64,000 nucleotides of DNA from Camelus dromedarius (lineage: Eukaryota). The notes under the pieces are model-generated. The model did not search any database, was not told the origin of the DNA, and was given only the letters and a program-made list of their open reading frames with translations. The translations under genes and the position numbers were made by a program. Positions 23,701-35,926 of this stretch are shown piece after piece. Within the stretch, counting starts at the first letter, position 1. Every line of letters starts with the position of its first letter. The stretch is taken from positions 60,388,001 to 60,452,000 of the forward strand of contig NC_087442.1 of the NCBI RefSeq assembly GCF_036321535.1, in the 5' to 3' direction.

Positions 23701-26552
23701 GCTGTCCATACCTCAGAAATGACTCTTCAGTAATGTCACGAGCCTAGACTGCCCACAGAGGAAATGCTTACAAGTCAGAAGAAAACTATGTGAGATATCC
23801 TAAACTCCATCATGCATCATTCCAAACACTTCGAAGAGTTGCTTGATTCTGAGAATATAAAGGGATACAAAATTTAGATTCAGACAATGGGGCATCTAAA
23901 AATCTTAGGATTTCTTCATTGTCAGAGAGAAAAGATCTGCATAACCTAAAATTTGAGGAAATATAAAATCAAATCAAATGGGCAAACTGGTTGGGAACTG
24001 CAGACTTCTGTGAGCAGGACCATGAAGTCATGTGCAGAACTTGGGTCTGGAAGATGGATTATGTGAAAGTCCTCTTCTTAACACTATGGTATCTTTCTCG
24101 TGACAACAATAAATAAGCTCTGCATTCTCACTCACAGATCCCTACAAGAATCTAGTCGGTTCTGGCAAGAAAATCTCTGGGTATTAGTGATTCCAAGCAT
24201 GTTAATTAGGCAACTCCCCAAATTATATATCGTGACATAGCAGCTTCCTCGGCTAGCGTAAGAAGAATTCGGATTTGACACCTTTGGTAGAAAATACCGT
24301 AAGTTGTTGGCTTCCTAAATGGGAAAGTGTCTTTCAACTAGAGGAAGATTGAGTTTTGTACAGCATTAGAAGATTTAAGAAAACTTAAGGTTCACAATAC
24401 TTGTATGTTTAATATAACAGATGCATAAGAATTCCTTAAGAACTTGCAAAGACTGTCAGTTGCTAACAGTAGCACTTGAAAAGGAAATCAAACATAACAC
24501 ATTTATAAATGCAATTTTAAATGTTGAGAGATGTTCAACTAGCTAAGGATATAAATAGGAACTAAATGGTATTCAAAGATCACTTAATAGTGACTTGCAA
24601 ACCAAATTTTAAAATTTAAAGAATTAGATTTCTGATAACGTAACTTAAATAAATCGAACACTAATTTTAAAACCAAAATAAAAATCAGAATAAACTTTTG
24701 GTGCCCCCAAACCTTTCTGTTTCATCAAGAAAACCCTACAAGCTACAGTTTTCAGTGTACCTACATTCTAATGTTTCTTAACTTTCCTCATAGGTGGAAT
24801 TTCCTATAGGTCTCAGAAACAATCATTGCACAGTATTGAAGCAGAACATTACTTCAAGTCCACCTAAAAGAATTCAGTTATAACCTGATATTTGTGCCCC
24901 ATATTAACAGAAAAACATTAAGGATCTCATTACTGTAACTACTGAAACAACGTGGCTGGCAGACTGTTCTGAATCAAGCACACAAGAATTTTCTGGTCTT
25001 AATTTCAGAAACAGTTGTTCATTGTTCAAATTTTAATTCTATGGATGCTGGGACCCCATGACTGATCGTGGTTCCCTCTTGGCTGGTCGGCATCTTAGGT
25101 GAACTCCGTGGCCCAGCTGAACTTCACATACAGACCACTCTGTGCAGCACCTTCTTCCTACTTTTATATCCTCCACCCTGATTTCCCAGTCTATTCTTTT
25201 TGCCAACTTTCCTTAGCATAACTATATCATGTTTCCAATCTATATAATGAGGATTCCATGGTGAACAAGAGTATATTTATAAAATATAAGAAACACTTCA
25301 GAGCACAGCTATCTTGTGAAAATTCCTTGAAATGGGGCTGTATTCCACACCTCGGTTAAAGCTGTCTTTACTTCCAGAAGATCATAACCTATCTTATAGT
25401 TTGAATTTTATTCAACAGTCAAAATATTCAAAAGCCAAAATAAAATATGAAGCAGTCCACTTTTCCTAAAATGAACAGAAAGTTACTAAGCTTAAGCTCA
25501 TTCTGACAAAATAACTTGCTTCCTATCAAAACAACTTTAGGTATCTTCTAGGACTAATGCATATCTCATTGTGACTGAAGGGTCTGGTAACTTCTGTGAA
25601 CTTATGAAGATGCAGTGAGAAATATGAGCCAATGAGAGTTGCCATTTTGCAACTAAATACTTCCTTTTGAATGCCTCGTTGATTTATCAACAAAAGTCTT
25701 AATGGCTTACACACAGATGCAAAACTTGCACACAACCTGACAGGCAATTTAGGTGCTTTATTTTTTGAGTAGGAGAACAGATTTTGGCTTTAATGATATG
25801 CCAGAAAACAATCAATAAGTATTGATTTCTCATTCATTTGGCTTGTTCATTAAAATTTTCCACAGTGATTTACTGGAAATGTTCACCCTTTAATTAGTGC
25901 AATTCAATATTTCATGGGCAGAATTACTTATTGGGGATTAAAAGTTAATGAAAATAATTTGTTCAGGAAAAAATGAAAATTTGAAAGTTTACCAAGAAAT
26001 TATGTCTATGTGTATGATAAAGAAAGTCTGAATCTAGTCAAGAATTCTCCCCCGCCCCAATTTAGAACTAAACACCAAAACAGAACGGAATAATTAATTC
26101 ATTGCTCTGCATCTCATGTTCTTGTAAGACACTCCTGATAATGTCGTTGCAAGCACTCACTTTCCTTTTAATAACTTTCAAGTTCATGAATTTTGGCTTT
26201 AATTATGTCTTTAACCTTCTTTTAAAGTTCTGGGTTCCAGTACTAAAAGTGAATGTTTAACGTACTCAGACTCTATCAGGAAATAAATCAGATGCAGTGG
26301 TAGGGGTTTGGTTTGGTCCCATATCCACAGCTCGGAAAAGAGCTGCTAACACTGAGGGCTCCGGGAAAGACAAAGAAGACAAGGACAATACATGGTTACA
26401 GCCTCAGCAGAAAATGATTTCTTGGAGGAGTCCAAAGACCTCAGGAACTTCCTTATTGATGTAAATGTCTGCCTAATGCTGGCTTCTTTTTCTTACTAAA
26501 TATTAAACTAACAGTTTAAGCCTGAAAGAAATCTTTTGTAGATTTCTCATTC

Positions 26553-27655
26553 TTATCTTTTAATTATGCTACTTAAAATGTCTCTATTTTGAAATACTTT
26601 ATTTATGCAAAAAAGTATACCATTTATGTAACTCACATAGAAATAAAAGGGGGAGACACCCGTGTACCTACTATTAAGCTTAAGAAACAAAATTAGTACT
26701 TTTGAAGCCTTCTCTATGTCCCATTCCAAGTTGTAGCCCCTGTTTTTTCTCCTTGTCATTCCACAAGTCTCTCTAAAGAATGTATTTTTGCTTGCTTTTA
26801 AACTTTATATACACATATGAACTGTAAATAATATTCTTCAAATCATTTGTTTTTGTTGCTCAACATGATGTTGAAAGGTTTGACTAGGATTAACTTTTTA
26901 CTGTAGCTATTATGAATGAGGCTGCTGTGCATTTTTGAGCGCGTCTTTTGGTATACATTGGCAAGAATTTCTGGAGAGCATATATCCACATAGAAGTGAA
27001 CTTATTGGACCATAGAATTTGTACATCTTCCATTCTACTAGATAATATAAAACTGCTTTAATAAAATAGTTGTAAGAGTTTTCCTTTCCCCCCTACATAC
27101 TGGCTATCACATATTACTGTGAAAATTTATCATTGCCAATCACTTTCTTTTTACTGAGGTTGAACATTTATTTATGTCCACCAGTCTTTGGGTTTCCTTT
27201 CTTGTGGATGGACTGCTTATGTTTTGTCCATTTTTCTATCATGTTGCTTGTATTTTCTTACGACTGGGGTAAGTTTTAAGTATATTCTGGATAATAATAA
27301 TAATTTTTTTTCTTAGTTACATAGGCTGCAAATATCTTCTCTTAAGTTTTGGCTTCTCTTTCCATTTTTTACAGTGTTTTTTGATGATCAGATTTTCTTA
27401 ATATTACTATGGTCAAATTTATCAAATTTTTCTTATGATTCAGAATTTTTTTGTGTTAAGAAAGCACATAAACATTCTCCCACATTTTCTTCTAAAAGTT
27501 TTAAATATTGCCTTTCATATTTGAGACTTTAGTTCATTTGAAATCTATTTCATGAATGGTGTGCGAACAGATCCAATTTTTTTCCATATAATGGTCAATT
27601 TTCCCAGCACCATTTGTTAGTCCAGCCTTTCTTCACTAATCTGCAGTGTCACACT
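26553..27655 (-). mobile_element. L1ME-like ORF2 end and 3'UTR
   Basis: tatgaatgaggctgctgtgcatt, gctgcaaatatcttctc, caattttcccagcaccatttgtt. Confidence 0.8.
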
Positions 27656-28009
27656 CCAACTATGGAAGATTTTTTTTATGCTTAATTGCAGTAGGGACTC
27701 ATTCCCAAGCAAATCATACTTCACACAGAATTGATAAATGAATTATTTTTAATAAAATGAAGATTGGCCATGAAGCCTGTCCATTCAATTTCAAACATTG
27801 GTTATAAGGTATAGCCACTGATATTCTTTCATGTTTAGAAATTCTTTGCCATTATTCAAAAAATGTTTTAATCATGCTAATGAACTTGTTTATAAACAAA
27901 CAATACAACAGTTGAATGGGGACATCTTAATGAATAGTCAATCCATCCTTTACAGCACATATTCTATATTTAATCTGTAGGTATCCACACAAAGAAGAAT
28001 AAAAGTTAA

Positions 28010-28640
28010 TAGGAAACAATAAATAAGAAAAGAAATCCCCATGTGATTAACCCAAAAGAAGGCAAGAAAGCAGATAAAAAGAACAAAGAAAGATGCTCTT
28101 TTTTTTTGTTAGATTAGAAATAAATAGTAAGATGTGAGATTTGAACTCAAAATACCAGTAAATAAATTTAATAGCAACTTTCTAAATGCATCTTAAAGAC
28201 TGAGAAAAAATTTCTAAAAACAAAATTGAGACTGTAATAAAAATAAACAACTATCCACTATTTATAAAAGATACGAAAAATTTGCAGTAAAAGAATGGAA
28301 AAAATACCACACACACTTACTAAAAGAAAGCTGATATAGCTCTTCAAATACTTCACAAAGTAGATAATAAGGTGAATTACTAGAAATAAAGAGGGACGTT
28401 TCCTAATAATCAGAGGCCAATCTACCAAGAAGATAATGACTATTCTAAATTGTATGTGCCTATACATTACCTCAAACACGTAATGCAAAAACTGACATAA
28501 TCAAAAGGAAGAAAAAGATAAATTTACAATTACAGTGTTAGTACTGCTTTTTTTTTTTTTAACACATCTTTTTCAGTAACACATTCTAGAAGTTTTGAAC
28601 ACAGCTAACAAGTTTGACCTGACATACAGGACAGAGCACT
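28010..28640 (+). mobile_element. Old L1 ORF2 endonuclease region
   Basis: A-rich; aataaagagggacgtttcctaataatcagaggccaatctaccaagaagataatgactattctaaattgtatgtgcc. Confidence 0.7.
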
Positions 28641-30035
28641 TGAGCACCAAGCTAGGTCAACAGAGAGCTAAGTACCATCATATTGTATCCATCCTCTCCC
28701 CGTAGTAATTTGAATTGCTTTTACTGAACACTACATTGTATATTTATGTGAAGCCATTAGTCTGCACTGAGGCTCACTGTGCAAAAATGCCCGAATACGA
28801 TCATCAATGGATCTACTATAAGGATGTCATCAATATTAATATCACTGCTCCAAATCATGCATTATTTGTACCAATAGTTCTATTTCTCTTGAGCAGATTT
28901 TTTAAATCTTAGGAACACTGTAAATAATGTAATGGACAAGGGTTTCCATTTTCTTCTGATGATTAGAAAGCTTAGAGCTAAATTAAAGACAGTTTCAGAA
29001 ATAGTATAAGTATGATATATATACTTGTAGCATCTGGTTCCACTCTGTTCTCATCCTTCTTGTTCTTCCTTATCTTGTCACTTTCAATTCACCCTATCCT
29101 GTCATATAAAGCTGTCCCTCCATGTTACTTCTAGACAGTGCAAGAATGAGTTAAGTATAAGAATTTAAAAACACATAGATGGCGAAAAAGGCAGATACAC
29201 TTAATGGCAGCTGGTTACTTTCCCTTGCTCCTCCTGATAAAGACTTTATTTAGAACAGTAAATTACAAAGAAATTATTCAATTCAGAGAATTCAGATTCA
29301 ACATAAACCAATAAGCTAACAACTGGGTCATAACAAGCAAACACCATGTGGACAGGGTCTGATGACCAGAGAACTGGCTGACCTGAAAATCTAAGCAGGC
29401 TCAGAGTTTTACTGACAGGTCCACAAATCCCAGGTTTGGGACCATATATGCTGGGTTTAGGATTCGGGTACAGACAACTATTGTAGGGCTTTCCTTTTGG
29501 GAAATCTGGTGCCTTATAGTAACAGCCAAACCATTTTGTGGAAAAAGAATAAAGGAGAGGAGAAACAGCAAGAAGGTATTATTTTCATTATCATTATGCT
29601 CCTTTCACTAAGATATTCTTAATATCTAAGAAGTTACCTCTAAGTTACCTAAGAAGTTCCTAAGAAATTATTTTTTAAAGATATTGGGACTGAGTAATTA
29701 ATTCCAGCCACAACCTAGACTTTCCTATAATCTGCTCTCTTGCTTTAAGTCTTTTTATTCTTGCACAGTTCTCATTAGAGCTAAAGAATAGTAAGTAACT
29801 AAGAGAACTAAGGATAAAATGCTTTATTTAATCTTCCATGCCCACATTTTGCAAAAGATAACTACAGCAAAATCTAACTGTGGCCCACCGGCTGAGTAGA
29901 TGGGTGTGAAAAAGAAGCACTTGGTAGTAATACTCAAACTTCAAAGTGATCCCTGAATTACACTTAGAAACCAACAAGTGACAAAGTTCCTGTTATGCCT
30001 CTAAACTATTAATCACTTTGGACTTCCTGACTTAT

Positions 30036-30085
30036 GATTTCAGCCTTTCCAGGGAGCAAAGATTTCAGCCTTTCCAGGGAGCAGA
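30036..30085. repeat. Tandem duplication of a 25-bp unit (24/25 identical)
   Basis: gatttcagcctttccagggagcaaa followed by gatttcagcctttccagggagcaga. Confidence 0.95.
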
Positions 30086-30124
30086 GTATAGAAGAGGCAG
30101 AAGATTCCAGAAAAGCAGTATGGT

Positions 30125-30350
30125 TCAGCAGAGTAGTTAAGAAAATGGGCTGTGGTGCTGGACTGCCTGAGTCCAGCTCCTGGTTCTGCCTCTTGCTTGC
30201 TGAGTGACCTTGGACAGATGGCCTAATTTCTCCATCTGCAGTTTCCTGATCTGTAAAATGGGTGACAGCAATACTACTTCTTAGGATGGCTGTGAGGATT
30301 AAATGAATTACTATAACTTAAAACACTGCCTTTCCCATAGAAGCACTATC
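30125..30350 (+). mobile_element. MIR SINE, near full length
   Basis: gagtagttaagaaaatgggc...gtgaccttggacag...cagtttcctgatctgtaaaatggg...gtgaggattaaatga. Confidence 0.82.
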
Positions 30351-30367
30351 TCATTTCCCAGGAATAA

Positions 30368-30408
30368 TTTTTTTTTTTAATTTAAGTATAGTTGATTTAC
30401 AATATTGG
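30368..30408 (-). mobile_element. Severely 5'-truncated L1 tail (cetartiodactyl type)
   Basis: poly-T then aatttaagtatagttgatttacaatattg. Confidence 0.55.
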
Positions 30409-33400
30409 GTTGGAAATTACTGTTAGTTATCAGTATTGTTAACTTTGCAAATGTTATCTTTTTACATTAAAAGAGTTTTTAATTTCTGGGAAAAAAAACC
30501 CAAAAAACGGTTCATGGGTCACACTGTTTACAAAGTTAAGTATAAACTCTTCTTCAGGCATCCAAAGCCACACGTTTAACATAAGTTCCCACCTTTAACA
30601 TAAGGTCTATAAATCAGGAAAAATTATTCCAAATTTGTTCACTTTTTTCTCTTCTTCAAACTCTCTCTCATCTCTTAAAATATTCATGTCATCTATTTGT
30701 TTCATACCAAACCCTCACCTTCCTCACCTGGATTATCTGGAAGCTCAGGAAGAGTGTATTAAGTGAGTTTTCTAGGGAACTTAATCAAACTAAGACTACA
30801 ACCCTTTTTCCTACCAAGATCTCTCTAACACACCTGTTCTCTGCTCTTTTTCTAATGCTGAATTGAATATCTGGGCGGCCACAGACATTTCTAGTCACTT
30901 CAGGGCCTCTGGATACAAAGTAGAGAACACTTATACAGACCAGCGTCACTCAGACACTGAGAAAGGACAGACATGAAACATGGTGTCATTTTTCATGTCC
31001 TGGAACACAAGTTAATAATATCTGACCAGCATACTGGTGTAAACTACAAGGGATTTAGAGTTTCTTATGGGTCTTGGTGGAAAAAAATATTATATTTGCT
31101 TTATGTATTACAAGAAAATAATAAATTTTTAGATATAATAAAACATATTATACAGTCTCTCATATCAACATTTCAATGAGATACTTGAGTAGGCTTACTT
31201 TATAGAAAGAACCACACAAATGGTGCTCCAATATAAATTTAGCTGTGTTAAATTTTTGCATGGCTTGAAAAATGGTTTTATCACTCTAAACATGTAAACT
31301 AATTCAATATTCAGAGTCACATAATTAATCCATCCCCTGTTGGGAAGCTCGTTCCTAGAAGAACATGAGTCCACGTGAAGAAATGGCTGTTTACATGCTT
31401 TCCTCCTCTTACCTTTCTGCCTCCTTCTCTTTCTCCTTCCTTTTTCTTTCTTTCACTATTTCATTCTAACACAGTTTTTCATTGACCTATAATTGATTAT
31501 CCTTTTGATTCACTGAGCTGCCTCAAGGCCTAAAAATATGCTAAACTACTCACCCTATCAATAAAACACTCCAGTACCTGGAAAACAAATCAGAACTGGA
31601 CAGCCCACCAGAGTAGGGGAGGCAGAGCACTGCATCTCAAGGACACGAACTAGAAGAACTGACCTCAACCACTGTATCCATCCTGTTGCAAAAAGGTGTG
31701 TGTGTGTGAGAGAGAGAGAGTGGGTGGGTGGGGCCATTAAGTGCTAAATGGTCTGTGTTTGGTCTGCTGCTTTACTTCTTTTTCTAAACCTCTAGGACTT
31801 CAGCGTTCCCTAGCAACAGAAGCAAAGGATCAATTTAGAAAAGTGCTTCCCAGAGCCTTCCTATCTAGCTACTGACCAAGCCATTTTAGTTTATGTGATC
31901 AAGCAATTGAAATTCAAGGAGATTTAACATTGACTGTCCTCGGCAGCAAAACTGGAAGAGTACCGCTTGATATGTATGCTACTAAGGTCTGAGATGAGTG
32001 ATTTTACCTCTGTTGCACAAGCATGAATTGGTTTCAGGAAGAATTAGTAGTCTCTGCATCTCACCGTGAACCGAAAGTGTTGCCAGGGAAACTGATAATT
32101 ATGTGGCAAAATGGAGAGTGTAGAATAGAAGAAAAAGGGTTCAGAACAAATGTAAGGTTTTGATCCAAATCAGCATGTTTATAGTATAGTTTGTTGGTCT
32201 TCTGTAGTCATTATAATTTAATAAATACCATTAATTAGATGTTTGATAAGATACAGGTTTCTGAACTAAAAGAAACGAATCAGACTCTGGCAAGCTCCTG
32301 ATTACTGATCATATTTTGTGTACGGCACAGCAGGAATACATATGTATTATAAACTACAATGCATTTGAAGAATTAAAATATTCAGAAAGGTAGAAAAAAA
32401 CACATTGACTTGATTTCTGACTTTCTTTTAAGAAAATAATCTTATATAGTTTCAGATATAAAAACTGTAATTCCATAAAAGCTCTAATAAAATTGCTTTT
32501 TTTCACTTCAGAGACTAAGTCAGCTTCCAAACACACTTTAGGGTGGAGAAGAAAGAAGTGTTGCTGTTTTGATACTATACACAGTGAGAAACCAACCCAG
32601 AGAAGCTGAATGGCCTTCCTGAAGGCACACACCCCTTCAGTTAGTAGTAACACTGGTGCTAAAGACTCTATTTAGGCTGCCAGAGAGGTATTATTTACAG
32701 ATTATATCGTAGTAAAGGAGAATCCAGCAAAAGGGTATAAATTTAGTGAACAGATTCAAATCTCTAAATATCACTTTAACTTTAAATGAAAATTTCCAGT
32801 ATCTTTTTCATTTTGAATAGCTATGAGTTTAGTCCTGAAAGTTAATAATACGATATAAACACTTGTTTATCAGGAAAATCTCATTGGAGACATTTTAGTA
32901 CGTGCGAATGAGCATCAAAGGATTAACCAGCTCATTAGCGAACAGAGTTTCACTACATGTCAATTCACTGCCTGTGAGGTGTCGGTCCTTTCATGACAAT
33001 GCTGCTGGACAACATTCTTTTATTTTACTTTTTCTAAGGACTACTACGTAGACATTTTAAGAGATGAAATAGAAAGTTTTATATTCTCCTGTGTATTTAT
33101 CTTTACAAATTCTTATATATTTTATAATTTATAAATATATTATACATATTAAAACATTCATTCACATTCTTATACACACAGTCTTTGTATGGATGTGTTG
33201 GGGAAGAAAATAAGTGATTTATTTATAACTGGTGTATGAAAAAAGACAACCATTTACAATCGAAAATGTTCCCAGTGTTTTGGTCTGATCTGGTCTTTGA
33301 CAGGAAAGAATGAGAAGCGTATACAGGACATCAAGGTAAAAGCAGAAAACTAACTGAGCTTCTTGATGCAGTGAATCCAACTGCTAGAAGTACATAGTCA

Positions 33401-33780
33401 GCCTTCTGATGTTATGAAAAAGCTCTTCATTCTAGTAATTTAAAAATGTTAAGCCTTACTCATTAGTACATAGGTAGCATGTCCCACCTTAGATGGGATG
33501 AGCTATCAGGGTAAGGCAGTTTATTAAGCCTATCAATATTATGATGGTTTAAAAATAACTGGCTTGTCTGAGTTGGAATTTTGTTATTTCTTTACATCAA
33601 TGATTTATTTTTGATAAGACAAGAGTGAAATGATAGGTTTCTATTTTGATAAGCCCTTTCTTCTTGCCCAGGGAAGGAAGGCTTTTTCAACTTTTAAATC
33701 TCTGGGTTAAGAAAAAGAAAAAATGTAAGGCCACATTTCACAGTCATTAAAAACAACGTTTATAGTTAAGTTAAACAAAC

Positions 33781-33952
33781 CTTGACTCAGGCCATCATGA
33801 CAAGACGTCTGCTTAACATCCATGTTCTCCATGGCATCTCCTTTAGAGACTTCGCCAAGAGATGTTCTTCTCTCAAAGATGTTGTTGTTGTTGTTCACTT
33901 GAGTCCCATTTTGCTTTAGCAGCCTGAACACCTCAGCTTCCAAATCTCTAAT
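33781..33952 (-). CDS. PPP1R9A: Neurabin-1 exon E (172 nt, phase 0/1): IRDLEAEVFRLLKQNGTQVNNNNNIFERRTSLGEVSKGDAMENMDVKQTSCHDGLSQ
   Basis: Acceptor tctcttag|ATT, donor AAG|gtttgt; a 118-nt intron separates it from exon D. Confidence 0.95.
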
Positions 33953-34070
33953 CTAAGAGAGAAGAAAATACCCATTCATAAAATTCCTAAAACTCCTAAA
34001 CCAGCACTCCTCTTCAAGTATTAGGCAAAATGACCCTATTTTTTTTAGCAGTTTTGAGCACGAAACTCAC

Positions 34071-34167
34071 CCGTACTTGCAGGCCTTGAACTTCCACAAG
34101 ATGAGCTTTTTCTAAATCTTCTATTTTCTTTCTTTCTGCTTCCTGTCTTTTGATGAAATCAAGTTCT
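34071..34167 (-). CDS. PPP1R9A: Neurabin-1 exon D (97 nt, phase 2/0): ELDFIKRQEAERKKIEDLEKAHLVEVQGLQVR
   Basis: Acceptor ttttttcttaag|A, donor CGG|gtgagt; overlaps ORF 34014..34205. Confidence 0.96.
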
Positions 34168-35696
34168 CTTAAGAAAAAAATAATAGATCTCATTGAATCA
34201 AACATTCAATAAATGAGGAAACATGTAAAAATTCTTATCTGATGAAATAAACTGCACAGTGAAATAAATATCTAAACAGCCATTTAAATAAATAAAACTC
34301 AATCACAGTTAGAGAAAAGGTATCTAGTAATGAAAGCAAATAAAACATTTTAGTGGATCCCAAAGTAAAGAAAAATGCTTTGATTCTGCTATGATTTTTA
34401 TTTGTTGCTCCTGATTCTAGAGCACCCATTCATATTTAGACAGAAGCAACTGAACTAATGACCCACATTGGGTAATTTCGTGGAGATAGTCACATGTCGA
34501 GTAGATATAATTCCACATTTGCAAAATCTTATACCTAGTAAACTGATGGAACTGGATGGTAAGAGTTTAAAAAAGGTAATTGTAGTAAGATTGTTTCCTA
34601 TGAATGACAGTAGAGGCAGACTGGGTGGGTAAGAAACACTGAGGGGGAGCTGTCTTTTACACACCTGAGGGTAATATGGGGAGAAGAAGAAATACCTCTA
34701 TTGTGAGAGTCTGGAATGCAATATGAAAATTTGGCAGAATTTATTATATTTATTATTTATTATGAATATTATTACATGAAACAGAATAAGGTATAATATT
34801 TTTGGCAAGAAGAGTTAAAATAGTGAGGTACTGAATTCATGGCCATAGAGCAATTTCCCCTTTTTAAATAAACTTTTTATAACAATCTCTTTTAAATATT
34901 AAAAACATTATTTCCACTACAGGAAATAACAGATGTAGTGAATGCTTAGATTCTAAGGCTTGACATGAAGACCAGAAGAGATACTGGTGCTACTTCCTAT
35001 TGTTCTGGCTGGCCAAGAAGTGACTGATTTAAAAATCCAGTAGAGTCTCCCTGGCAGTCTCCCTGAAATTATACCAAGATCCAACAGATGGAAGCAAAGC
35101 AGCGTTAGCTCAGAAAGAGCTGCTGAAACGTAAAAGCAGAGTGTGGTGATGGTCTCTCTTACTGCACTGTGAACTTTATGATTCTCTCAACACTGAGAAA
35201 AGGAAAGTGGCAGGGCAGGGGGTCTTGCTAGTCAATTTTTACACTATCTGTAATGGGAAAACTCTGAAGTTACTGATTCTAAGAACAGAGACAGAAGCAG
35301 CCTCATCAAGGCCCCAGCTGCTGTTCTGCATGTACTATGTCCAGTCCTCATTCTGCATAACTTCAGCTGGGCTTCTTGCTTCTAAATTATAAAGATATTT
35401 CAAAAATGATAGTGGTTTAAATGTTTTAACAGTTACTATCAATGAATAACTAACAATAACAATGTAACAAAAACAAAAAACAGGAGGTAACTAATTGCCA
35501 AAAATTATAAACAATATATAATCTCATATGAAAAAATGATGGATGAGATTTCTAAAACATACCTATTTATGCTTTAACTACGCTTCTTAGAGGGATAACT
35601 CTGAGGTCATCTCCTTTGCCACTAGATGTTACAAAATTACTGGATACAAACCTTTAGATGCACTCAACTATTCTTTAGCTATTAGAAACTGCTTAC

Positions 35697-35926
35697 TTTT
35701 GTTGAAAATCCTTGATCAGTTTCTTTGCCTTGTTGTATTTCTTTTCCAAGGCCTGGTACTGGCTTTGAGTCTCTTTGAGATGCTCGTTCACTGTGTGGCA
35801 TAATGTTTGAGCCTCAATCCAGTAGCTCTCCAACTTCAACATTCTTTCTTTATTCTCTTCTATATTCTGCTGGAGTTGGGTTTTTTCTAGTTCCCACCTC
35901 ACTTTCTCATTTTCTGCTGCTTGTAG
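35697..35926 (-). CDS. PPP1R9A: Neurabin-1 exon C (230 nt, phase 0/2): [15 protein letters not shown]...KLIKDFQQ(K), coiled coil
   Basis: Acceptor ttgttcag|CTA, donor AA|gtaagc; overlaps ORF 35693..35902. Confidence 0.97.

Noticed and set aside
25626-25653. CCAAT box next to GTTGCCATTTTGCAAC (RFX-like)
   Set aside because: The spacing does not match X-Y modules or the usual X-box; likely chance.
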